A stretch of 64,000 nt of DNA, from IMG/VR virus record IMGVR_UViG_3300048819_000142, positions 1 through 64,000 of that record; one strand, given 5' to 3'. Below the pieces are notes generated by a model that worked only from the letters and a program-made list of their open reading frames with translations, made no database searches and was not told the DNA's origin. Shown in pieces: positions 35,367 through 44,674 of this stretch. Position 1 is the first letter of the stretch. Every line of letters starts with the position of its first letter. Origin of the DNA: a virus (Duplodnaviria > Caudoviricetes). A program made the position numbers and the translations under genes.

Positions 35367-38300
35367 TTGGCCCAGTTGTTTGACGACGAGGTACTAAGCG
35401 TAGTCCTGAAGTTCTCCAATCCCAATAAACGGGACATGGAGGACGCGGACAAGATTGCTACGAAGCTATCCATGGCACTTGACGGGGTCGTGCGCAAATC
35501 TGTATTTGCTGGCCGAGCTGTTGCAGACGTGCTGGAGGGTATCAAGCGGCTCGAGCCGACCTTGAAGTCAATGGAGAAGCGCGCTGGCACGATTGGTGCT
35601 AGCGCGGGCGCACTTAAGACCGCGCAGCAAATCCTTGCACGCTACACTCCTGCGCGGCTTGAGAAGCTGGCTGAAGTCCAAGCGTCGAAAATTGCTGAAA
35701 CTAGTGGCACGGCTTCCCTTCGTCGTCAACTTGAGAAGCATGGGGAGCTAATTAAGCGACTCGTTGCCACCCGGGAGGGCAGGTATAACAGGGCAACAGG
35801 CAATAGTCCAACAGGTCGCGGCCTGTTTATCGACACCGAATCTACAGGGTTGAATGCACTTAAGCATCAGATTACAGAATTAACTGCTACGCTGTTTACG
35901 TTCAATAAAGCTACGGGGGAAATCCTTAATCAGCAAGAGAGGACGTACCACGGTTTTCAGCAACTCGCATTCCAGTCACGCCACCAGTACATGCCTCAGG
36001 GCGTGACTCCCGCGCAGCTACAGAGCCAGGCCATATCTACTACCATGCTGCGTCGTCTGATGCAGCAGGCTGATTTTGTCGTAGCTCACAATGCGCCACA
36101 TGACAAGAAGTTTGTTGAACGACTTGTTCCTCAAGCTGCAGGTATGATGTGGCTCGACTCGATGCGAGGTATCCCTTGGCGCACGCTCGGTCATAGCTCG
36201 CGGGCCCAGCAGGATCTTCTCAGAGCGCACGGAATCAACCCAGGGCAAGCACACAGGGCAACGGACGATGTTAGGGCTGGCGTTAAATTGCTCAGTTCTC
36301 GTTCGCCTATCGGTGGTCCCACGTACATGAGTATGCTCTTGGGCAACCAGGGACCGCTCAACCAGTCTCAGCAATTGCTTGCGCAGATCAAGCACATGGC
36401 TGATGAAATTCGTAGTGACCTGTCGTCTCGTCTTGGTGAGGGCGGCGGTCGATACATGTCATCGACAGCTCGCTACAAATCCCTGGGAACCACAGCCTCT
36501 AGAGCTGCTGACGACGTGGCAGAGTTCTACACTCAGCATGTCATTGCTGCAATTGAGGGTGGCATTGACGCCAGGTCTCGGAGGCCTGCTCGAAGCACTG
36601 ATTACGGAATCAAGTTCGGATCTGGGCAAGCACCAGAGACAACCCCTGGCCTGTTGGGCCATTCAGCTATTAGCATTGACCGACGGCTTGGCGTGATTGA
36701 TCAGTTCCTACGGAACATGACTATCATGTCTGGCCCTGCAAGTTCTTCCCAGTTCATGGACCATTATGTTTTTCAGAGCAGGTCCCAGGAACGAATTCAG
36801 CAAGGTCGCGGTCGCGGTCGTCAGATCAAGTCAGATATTCGTTCTGGCGATGAAGTATCCCTTGCTACAATGCAAGGACTCAATACACGCTACGAGAACG
36901 AGCGACAGGGGATTCAGAGAGAAGATCCGATGAATGCCCTGTTGAATGAGCTTGATCGTCGTCAATCGGACAATCGTACACAGCTTGCTCAGCGTATGCT
37001 ATCTCAGCCGTGGGCTCAGCCACCTAAAAAGAGTGTATATATTGCTGGCCCAATGCGTGGTATACCAAACCTTAACTTTCCGGAGTTTGATAGGACAGAA
37101 GCTTTATGGCGTGGCAGAGGTTTCGGTGTAGTTAACCCCGCACAGTTGGATAGGGAGCATGGGTACATTCCTGTAGGCGGTCAGACTCATTTTGCGAATT
37201 TATCTATAGAGGAGGCAATGAGTAGGGATATCCCTGCTGTTACTGGGACGAGTGGTATTGCTTTGATGAGGGGATGGGAAAAGAGTCAAGGGGCCAAAAT
37301 GGAGCTCCAGCACGCAATCTCCCAAAGAAAAGAGATATACGACGCTGAATCAGGCAATCGGCTTCGGCTTAGGGATTTGCGAGCACTTGGCATGGAGAAT
37401 CTCTCCATGTCGATTCAGTCACGAATTCCTGTATCTTCAGTTAAAAATTTTTCTCCTACTATATTTCGCGATCGGGAAATTGCTACATTTATCGATCAAA
37501 ATAGTAAGAGTGCTTCTCCATCCTTGATAAGGCATGCTGCTCAGATGGCGTCACACGTCGGCCCCAACGACCCACGGTTCATGCAGCTTGCTTCCATTAT
37601 GTTTGAGGGGCAGCAAGTAGGTCGTCAGCTGGCGTCGTCTCGCGCTGTCCAGGCGCAAAAAGAAGCGATGGACCGTATAGCAGGTAACGTTGGTTCGAAG
37701 CCTCGGTCAGGTTTTCGCAACGTTATTGGTGAGGCGCTGCGCGGTTTAAGCGACGCTGGTCTTGCCACTGGAATGACTGCTGTTTCGCCATTCCTTTCTT
37801 CTGGCGGTATCGGCGGTGGGTCCTTTGGCACGTTTCTTAACTACTTTAGGAATAGGCGACGATCTGCTTCTTCAGGCGGAAGGACGACATCGTATGACGA
37901 GCGCGCTGAGGGCTACCTTCCAGAACCCACGACGCTACGTGGCTCAATGCGCAGGGATGCCTTGGAGCAGAAACTTGGCAAACTTCGAGATACTGTCGAA
38001 TCAACTACCCGTGGCTTCCAAACGTTCAGGGACGTCACAGCGCAGGCTAAGGCGAATGACGCTGCTCGTCGGTATAGTTCTCGCGACTATGCTATTACCT
38101 CAGGACTGAATTCAGCTCGTGGTTCGTTCGATGCGCAGCTTGCCAGGCTCGAGGGACGCAGGCTCCAGTCTCGAACTTCCACAAGTCGCCGACTTGGTGG
38201 TATTCAGGAGTCATTTGAAAGTCGGTCTTCAGCGCTTGGCTTCTCTGAGTTGGACGCCGAGCAGCAATACGAGTCTGCACTCGATTCACAGCGCAGAAAA

Positions 38301-41300
38301 ACAGCTCGCTTACGCAAATCGAAGGCGTATTCGAAGGGAAAACTCTCAGACGAAGATATTCAGGCAGGTCTTCAGGGTCCTGTGCGAAGCGCACAGATGC
38401 GCCTCATCAAAGCTGAATACCAGGCACGTGCATCCCAGCTTACTGATCCAGGGGAGATTGACTCGCTGCGTCGTCAAACTGCTGGAAGGTATGCTGTAGC
38501 CCGATATGGTCCTGGCAGCGGGCCTGAACTTGAGCAACTCAGGTCAGACTATGCCGAGCGAGTCCATGGCTTGCTTGGTGGTAGGACGCTTGCCCAGAGG
38601 GCGGAAGGTCGTGCAAGACAGGTTGGAGAGGATCAGGTTGCTCGCGAGCGAGAACTTGATCAGGCTGTTGATCAAATTCGTGCTCGTAGGGATTCAGCTG
38701 AAGCCAGTGCAAGTCAGAAGCGCTCTGATAATGCGTCAAGGTTTGGCGCTGAGGGCGTCAAGCTAGAGAGCGAAGTTGAGAAACGTCGGCTCGCAAGTCT
38801 CAAGAAGATTACTGATGCTGAAAAGAAGGCGCATGAGGCCCGTGTTCGATATCTCAAGACTGAGGACGCTGCAGGTGGAGGTGGCGGCGGAGGTGGTAGC
38901 ACGCATAGTGGGGGCACTCACGGAGGTGGAAGCGGCCGTTCAAATTTTGAAAGCCGCGATGCACTTGGGTTCGGTCTCGGCCTATCAACGCTCGCTTCCT
39001 ACGGTGTCGCGATTTGGAATGGTGTAAAGGAATCGGCTATCTATGCCGCCAACGTTGACGCGCTGAAGTTCTCTACTCAGGAAATTGCGAAGGTAAACGC
39101 CCTTGATGTTGGAGCTGTTATGGACAGCGTGAACAACATTAAGAAGCTGAACATGACCACGGAATCAGCGAATCAGGTTGTTCAGAGAATGATCTTCGCT
39201 CAACTTGACGTTGGCAAGGCTGGTCAGGTCGCGCAAGTCGCGCAAAATGTTTCCATCCTCTCTGGCCAAACTCCTGCTGAGGCTGTTGAACGTATCATTA
39301 CTGGTGTTTCAACTGGTTTGACTGTTACTCTGCACCGCATGGGACTTCCAGTTAGCATGTTGCAGGTTAACAGGCAGCTGTCGGCTGATCGCAAGGCTGA
39401 AGGCAAGAGTGGTCCAGCTAGCGAGGTTGAGAAGCGGCAAGCTTTGCTTAATGCCGTCATTCGTGAGGGAGCTAAGGCCAATGGCCTGTATGAGAAATCC
39501 CTGCTCACCGCTGGTGGACAGCTTAAGCTGTTTGAGCAGAACATGCAGGAATTACAGTATAGCGTTGGCAAGGAGTTTCTGCCTGAGTTCGGTCGGTTCA
39601 TCTCGCTCATGTCGTCGGGTGCCAAGTTCGTTGATGCCAACTCTGCATCTGTCGCAAAATTTGCTAGCGTGCTTGCCTCGTTGACGGCTGCGGCAAGTTC
39701 TGTTGGGACGCTCGCGTTGTTCCGATATCTCCTCGCATCCCCTGTCGTACCATGGTGGGCGAAGTTGATAGGTGCAGGTGTTGGAGTTGCGACATATTCT
39801 GCCCTAAACCAAGATGATGCTGTTGCGATGTCGAAGACTGCTAATGAGCAACTCGACGCACTCAAGGGAAAGATTGACTCGCTTAAGAAGGAGCGATCTT
39901 CACTGCAAGGGAGTAAAAATGATTCTCCCGAGTGGAAGAACGCAATGGACATCAACACGGAAGCTACTCGTTCTGCTTCTGAAGCTCAGGTGTCTATCAA
40001 CCAGGAACTGACAAAGAACCTGGCTGATGAGTACAATAAGCGAATTGCAGACATTGATAACTACATTGCAGCAATGGAAGGCAAGCAGGGGACGTGGGCC
40101 CAGATCATGGCAACGTTCAGGACAAGCCCAGAAAATTCTGCTGTGGGGGCTGTTGCACGCGATATTCCGATTCTTGGAAACACAGGCCCTGAGGACATCG
40201 AGGAGGCACGTCAACAGCGAGCAGGACTTGCTGGGCAGTTTGCTTCAGGCACGCGCGGTATTACTGCCGAGGACATCAAACGAGAAGCAGTTCGTCAAAG
40301 ACTTGAGAGGCTTCGCGTAGCCGACTTGTCCCCAAGTATTATCAATAAGGAGAAGCTCGCTGTTGCGAGTATGATCTCTGAGATGACTGATGCTGAAGGT
40401 CAGCTTAATAAGCTCGATGAAAAGTACAGCGAAGAAGGAACTGTTGGACTCAGGGCAAGGAAAGCCATGGGTTCTCCACGCCAGAAAGTTCTCCTTGATT
40501 ATGACGAACAGGTCGCCAAGGTAAATAAGCTCAGTGCATCGCTCACTGATTTGAAAAAGAATGCTGCAGACGGAGATGTCGGTGCGCAGACACAGTTAAA
40601 TGACGTCGCCAAGCAACTCGGCGGCGGCGACTTCATTCTTGGACACGAGAAAATCAATGACTTCCTTAGTCGCAAGGATGATGTTGTTGGTGCTGCTGCA
40701 GAGGACCGAGACATACAGCTTGGCAAGATCAATCGACAGAACAAGGCGCAAATTGCCCAGGTTCGTGAACAGATGCAGGTTGAACAGGTTCAATCTGCAG
40801 TGGTTCAGGGGAATTATTCTTCTGAGCGTGAAGCAATTCTGAAAACGTTCGACATTAAGCAGCAGACCGCTAAGAAGACCTTGGGCTTGCTCGAGGACGT
40901 AGATGCATATAATCGCCAAATTGCTCAGAATGAGACTGATCGCGATGTTGGGTTGCTACGTCTCGAAATTGAAAAGAAGCGGGCTCAACAGGATCGCGAT
41001 CAGAGGGTACTATCACATGGTGCAGATCTTAAAGCTCAAGACATACTTGATAGTCCCGGTGACGCCGAACAGGTCATTCGCTACGCCTACAGAACAAAGC
41101 TTGATGCGACTGCGTCTATCACTGATGAGAACAAGCGCCTCAATGATCAACTCGATTTGCTATTCGAGCTTGATGAAGCGTTACGAAAACTTTCCAAGGA
41201 CAAGAAAACGCTTGCTGCCGAAGGACGTATTTCCGAATTCCAGGACAACCAGCAGCTCGCGATGGAGATTGATCGGACGATCAGTGCTCAGGCTGGCAAA

Positions 41301-43367
41301 CGCCAGTCGACAACCCATCGCGCATTGGCTGAGATCGAGCGGACACGCGAGGGCGAAATTGCCATCGCGAACAAGACGTTCGATGAGAGACAGCCAATAA
41401 CAGCTGCGGTAGATCAGGCAGCACTTGCTCAACAGCGGGACCAGTCAATCCGTCAAGCCAATGTCAAGGCTGCCGTAGATAGCATTAAGACGGTTGAACA
41501 AGAGATTGATACCGCTCGAGAGCGGCTCGCCAAGACATTGGAGCAGAGGGGTTCTAATGTTCAAGAAGCAATGCAGTCAATGGCCATTTCGCAGAATGAG
41601 GAACTGGCTGCTGCTGAGAACATCCACCGAATTCGTCTCGAATACATTGAGGCAGAATACAAGGCAAGGGGTCAGACCTTAGAAGCCGAGGAGCAGAAGG
41701 AAGAAGAGATTCGTCAAGTTGAGATGGACAAGCTGAAGCAGATGCTTGATCTACGCAAGCAGCAAATGGAGGGTATCAGGAGTTTCAGCGAAGGGCTATT
41801 TAACACACTTGTAACTGACCATGCTCGTGGATTGCGCGACTTCATGATGGGTCAAGTTAAGGGCATTGGAGCAAAGGTTTTTGGTAACCTTGCTGTAGAC
41901 ACATTAAAGGGCGTTCACACCAATCTTCCAGGACTCGAGACTACAGACGCCCAGGGAAATAAGAAGCTGACCTTTCTCGGTCGAATGCTTAGCGGTACAT
42001 CCCTTGGCCGTAAGGTACCGACTGATCAGGATATCAATGCACAGATTAAGAAGGTGAATGAAGCAAACACGAAGGCGACTGACAAGAACACCGACGCCAT
42101 TGATAAGCTTACGGAAACACTCGAACAAATCCTTCAGAGCCTTGGTGTGACACCAGGGACCTCGCCCAGTTCCACTGGTGGAGCGAGTGGCGGCTTTAGG
42201 GGTATCCCCAGTGGCCACATGTTCAATCTCGGTCCACTCTTTGGCGGGTCTGGCAGTGGTAGTCCGTTTGCGTTTAATCCTGGTGGAAATTCGGCTACAC
42301 CATTTTCGCTACCATTACTTCCATCGCTTGGTTCAAGTGGCGTACGACCAGGCGCTGTTGACACTTCCATTGATTTCGGCGATGGTTCCGGACCAACTAA
42401 CAAGAGCACCACGTACTACGGGCTCGATCAGGCAGGTAACCCAGTTACCGGTGGTCCTGGCTCTGGTGTTGGGGTAAGTCAGACCACAATTCCATCAGCA
42501 GAACAGCCTGCTGGCGCCCCGAGTGGTAACGGTTCGGCTGCTCCTATTCCAAGCAAGAGCGACCCTCTTTCTGGTATTCCAAACCTTGGCAATGCTGTGT
42601 CTGGTGCGATGTCCGGACTCAAGAAACTGAATTCCAATGCTGGGACGTATGTTGCCGGCGGTCTGGAAGCATTGACTGGTGCGTATCAAGCTATCACGAA
42701 CTTTAGTAAGGCGGGAGTTCGTAGTAAGTCCTTCGGGGTTGCGGGAGCTCTAACAAGTGCTGCTGGAATTACGTCAATGATTCCGGGAGCTCAGGTAGCT
42801 ACTCCATTTCTTGAGCTTGGCGCACTTGGCGCTGACTTGTTTGGCTCCTTCTTCCAGGATCCTAAGCAAAAGCGATCAAATCAGATTGCCAACTACCTTG
42901 CCGCCAATGCCTATATGGCACCTGCCCAATTAGACGTCACGAGCACGCTACAAGGTAACTTAGCTGCTGAAGGAAAGGGTGGCACGGTTACTGACACGGG
43001 AATCACCGCAAACTCCATAAAGGTAACTGCACCCTCCATAGAAGTTATCAATCCCAATTCGTTTCTTAGTAGTATACTACCTTCCGGGAAACCAACTATA
43101 AATGGTTACCTTGGGCAGGGCCAGGGGACAATTTCTGCTGACGATTTTTCAGGTCAACAACTCACGTACGCCCAAATTCCAGGGCAGGTGTCGTATGCCG
43201 GGCTTCCGGGCGTGGCCAATAACCCCGTAAGCATCCATGTGTCTGCGATGGACTCACAGAGCTTCCTTGATAGATCTGCTGATATCACAGCTGCTGTCCA
43301 GAAAGAACTGTCACTTGGTAATGGAGTCGCTCAGCAGATGCAGAACTCAATATTCGGAACAGGATAG
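35367..43367 (+). CDS. Tape measure protein (2666 aa) with N-terminal DEDDh exonuclease and DUF4406/NDT-like domains
   Basis: Position after G/GT; helical Ala-rich body with TM segments; C-terminal IHVSAMDSQSF motif; IDTESTG/AHNAPHD/AHRATDD and VYIAGPM.G..N/NPA/GWEKSQGA.ME motifs. Confidence 0.9.
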   Translation: MAQLFDDEVLSVVLKFSNPNKRDMEDADKIATKLSMALDGVVRKSVFAGRAVADVLEGIKRLEPTLKSMEKRAGTIGASAGALKTAQQILARYTPARLEKLAEVQASKIAETSGTASLRRQLEKHGELIKRLVATREGRYNRATGNSPTGRGLFIDTESTGLNALKHQITELTATLFTFNKATGEILNQQERTYHGFQQLAFQSRHQYMPQGVTPAQLQSQAISTTMLRRLMQQADFVVAHNAPHDKKFVERLVPQAAGMMWLDSMRGIPWRTLGHSSRAQQDLLRAHGINPGQAHRATDDVRAGVKLLSSRSPIGGPTYMSMLLGNQGPLNQSQQLLAQIKHMADEIRSDLSSRLGEGGGRYMSSTARYKSLGTTASRAADDVAEFYTQHVIAAIEGGIDARSRRPARSTDYGIKFGSGQAPETTPGLLGHSAISIDRRLGVIDQFLRNMTIMSGPASSSQFMDHYVFQSRSQERIQQGRGRGRQIKSDIRSGDEVSLATMQGLNTRYENERQGIQREDPMNALLNELDRRQSDNRTQLAQRMLSQPWAQPPKKSVYIAGPMRGIPNLNFPEFDRTEALWRGRGFGVVNPAQLDREHGYIPVGGQTHFANLSIEEAMSRDIPAVTGTSGIALMRGWEKSQGAKMELQHAISQRKEIYDAESGNRLRLRDLRALGMENLSMSIQSRIPVSSVKNFSPTIFRDREIATFIDQNSKSASPSLIRHAAQMASHVGPNDPRFMQLASIMFEGQQVGRQLASSRAVQAQKEAMDRIAGNVGSKPRSGFRNVIGEALRGLSDAGLATGMTAVSPFLSSGGIGGGSFGTFLNYFRNRRRSASSGGRTTSYDERAEGYLPEPTTLRGSMRRDALEQKLGKLRDTVESTTRGFQTFRDVTAQAKANDAARRYSSRDYAITSGLNSARGSFDAQLARLEGRRLQSRTSTSRRLGGIQESFESRSSALGFSELDAEQQYESALDSQRRKTARLRKSKAYSKGKLSDEDIQAGLQGPVRSAQMRLIKAEYQARASQLTDPGEIDSLRRQTAGRYAVARYGPGSGPELEQLRSDYAERVHGLLGGRTLAQRAEGRARQVGEDQVARERELDQAVDQIRARRDSAEASASQKRSDNASRFGAEGVKLESEVEKRRLASLKKITDAEKKAHEARVRYLKTEDAAGGGGGGGGSTHSGGTHGGGSGRSNFESRDALGFGLGLSTLASYGVAIWNGVKESAIYAANVDALKFSTQEIAKVNALDVGAVMDSVNNIKKLNMTTESANQVVQRMIFAQLDVGKAGQVAQVAQNVSILSGQTPAEAVERIITGVSTGLTVTLHRMGLPVSMLQVNRQLSADRKAEGKSGPASEVEKRQALLNAVIREGAKANGLYEKSLLTAGGQLKLFEQNMQELQYSVGKEFLPEFGRFISLMSSGAKFVDANSASVAKFASVLASLTAAASSVGTLALFRYLLASPVVPWWAKLIGAGVGVATYSALNQDDAVAMSKTANEQLDALKGKIDSLKKERSSLQGSKNDSPEWKNAMDINTEATRSASEAQVSINQELTKNLADEYNKRIADIDNYIAAMEGKQGTWAQIMATFRTSPENSAVGAVARDIPILGNTGPEDIEEARQQRAGLAGQFASGTRGITAEDIKREAVRQRLERLRVADLSPSIINKEKLAVASMISEMTDAEGQLNKLDEKYSEEGTVGLRARKAMGSPRQKVLLDYDEQVAKVNKLSASLTDLKKNAADGDVGAQTQLNDVAKQLGGGDFILGHEKINDFLSRKDDVVGAAAEDRDIQLGKINRQNKAQIAQVREQMQVEQVQSAVVQGNYSSEREAILKTFDIKQQTAKKTLGLLEDVDAYNRQIAQNETDRDVGLLRLEIEKKRAQQDRDQRVLSHGADLKAQDILDSPGDAEQVIRYAYRTKLDATASITDENKRLNDQLDLLFELDEALRKLSKDKKTLAAEGRISEFQDNQQLAMEIDRTISAQAGKRQSTTHRALAEIERTREGEIAIANKTFDERQPITAAVDQAALAQQRDQSIRQANVKAAVDSIKTVEQEIDTARERLAKTLEQRGSNVQEAMQSMAISQNEELAAAENIHRIRLEYIEAEYKARGQTLEAEEQKEEEIRQVEMDKLKQMLDLRKQQMEGIRSFSEGLFNTLVTDHARGLRDFMMGQVKGIGAKVFGNLAVDTLKGVHTNLPGLETTDAQGNKKLTFLGRMLSGTSLGRKVPTDQDINAQIKKVNEANTKATDKNTDAIDKLTETLEQILQSLGVTPGTSPSSTGGASGGFRGIPSGHMFNLGPLFGGSGSGSPFAFNPGGNSATPFSLPLLPSLGSSGVRPGAVDTSIDFGDGSGPTNKSTTYYGLDQAGNPVTGGPGSGVGVSQTTIPSAEQPAGAPSGNGSAAPIPSKSDPLSGIPNLGNAVSGAMSGLKKLNSNAGTYVAGGLEALTGAYQAITNFSKAGVRSKSFGVAGALTSAAGITSMIPGAQVATPFLELGALGADLFGSFFQDPKQKRSNQIANYLAANAYMAPAQLDVTSTLQGNLAAEGKGGTVTDTGITANSIKVTAPSIEVINPNSFLSSILPSGKPTINGYLGQGQGTISADDFSGQQLTYAQIPGQVSYAGLPGVANNPVSIHVSAMDSQSFLDRSADITAAVQKELSLGNGVAQQMQNSIFGTG

Positions 43368-43369
43368 TC

Positions 43370-43801
43370 ATGGCGTCTGAACTTACCTTCCCACTTCTTT
43401 CTTCGGGAGCAATGCGAGTTCTTCAATCTCCATTGAAGGATAACGCCATTGCTATGTACCCTTCGACGCTTGCGTCGAGTTTCAATACTCGGGTAATCAA
43501 GTTCCTGAATGATACGGAGCAGCGCTTTCTTGTTAATGATAAGTTGTTTAGCTGCACGCTGCAGTACCATGGCGTTAACGGTTACGACATGGCAATACTC
43601 CGCGCTTTCTTTAACGCGATGGATGGCATGCTTATTGACCCGACACTTGAGCACTCCTTCTCTATTACGATTGACGGCAGTACGTATGATTACTGTGGTT
43701 TTGGGCAAGATGAGCTTGATGTTGAGGTTGGAAGGGGCGAGACCTTTTCTTTTGAATTGAAGATCATTCAGGTAGCGCCTAATAGCGCAACAGGATCGTA
43801 A
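43370..43801 (+). CDS. Distal tail protein-like (DUF2460-like)
   Basis: YP.....F.T.V..F....EQR...L..FF....G....F pattern. Confidence 0.65.
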   Translation: MASELTFPLLSSGAMRVLQSPLKDNAIAMYPSTLASSFNTRVIKFLNDTEQRFLVNDKLFSCTLQYHGVNGYDMAILRAFFNAMDGMLIDPTLEHSFSITIDGSTYDYCGFGQDELDVEVGRGETFSFELKIIQVAPNSATGS

Positions 43802-43802
43802 T

Positions 43803-44666
43803 ATGCCAACGTATTTTCCGCAGATCAATTCGAACATGATCATCACGCAGCTGCCATACGCCGCTGGCCTGGGATTTGACACCGTTGTCCAGGATGTTGA
43901 GACGGGCATGCGGTGGAGTTTTTCCCGGCGAGCGAACGTGGATCTGCCAGAGGATTATGCACAGCTTCCTCTTGGGAAGTTCAAGGTGAACTACTCCTGT
44001 ATTACTGACGCGGAGGTAGCCACGCTTAAGACCTTTTTTGAGTCTCAGTATGGTCGTTACGGAGAATTTAGGCTACTTGACCCAAGCGGCAACCTTATTC
44101 CGTACTCGGAGGATTTCACCGCGTTACAATGGGATAAGACCAATGGCATCTCAATCGCTGGCAGTACAACAGATCCCTTCGGTGGCAACCTCGCCACGCG
44201 CTTGTCAGCGGCACCAGGCAACAGTTTCATCTTGTCGATCTTCGGTCCTGCTGACGGCGGGCTTAACGGTTTTGTTGTTTGCGCGTCAATGTGGGTTAAG
44301 GCTGAGAGTGTCAATCAGAACCTTTTCATAGGTTTTGTGGATTCGGGTTTTTCCAGGACTGACGCTGAAGTATATATGGTTCCAATGGGCAGCTGGAAGA
44401 GGATCTCCCATACTGCAACACTCTGGGACAATAACTACTTCAGGGTTATCATCGGGGGAGATGGCACGTGGGACGCATCAGTAATCGACGTGTTTGGCGT
44501 CCAGGTCGCTCCTACCAAGGGTGAGGGTGCTTACGTCAGATCGCCCGACAACTATGGCTACCATGAGTATGTGAGGTTCGACACTGACTCATTTCAGCGG
44601 CAAGCGATCGGACCCAACCAAAATGCGCTGCAGCTTCCCATGTTCGAGTACAACGTTCCCTCCTAA
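43803..44666 (+). CDS. Distal tail protein-like with carbohydrate-binding-like insertion
   Basis: L..FF....G.Y..F...DP..NL..YSEDF; VRFD.D. Confidence 0.65.
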   Translation: MPTYFPQINSNMIITQLPYAAGLGFDTVVQDVETGMRWSFSRRANVDLPEDYAQLPLGKFKVNYSCITDAEVATLKTFFESQYGRYGEFRLLDPSGNLIPYSEDFTALQWDKTNGISIAGSTTDPFGGNLATRLSAAPGNSFILSIFGPADGGLNGFVVCASMWVKAESVNQNLFIGFVDSGFSRTDAEVYMVPMGSWKRISHTATLWDNNYFRVIIGGDGTWDASVIDVFGVQVAPTKGEGAYVRSPDNYGYHEYVRFDTDSFQRQAIGPNQNALQLPMFEYNVPS

Positions 44667-44674
44667 GGATCAAG

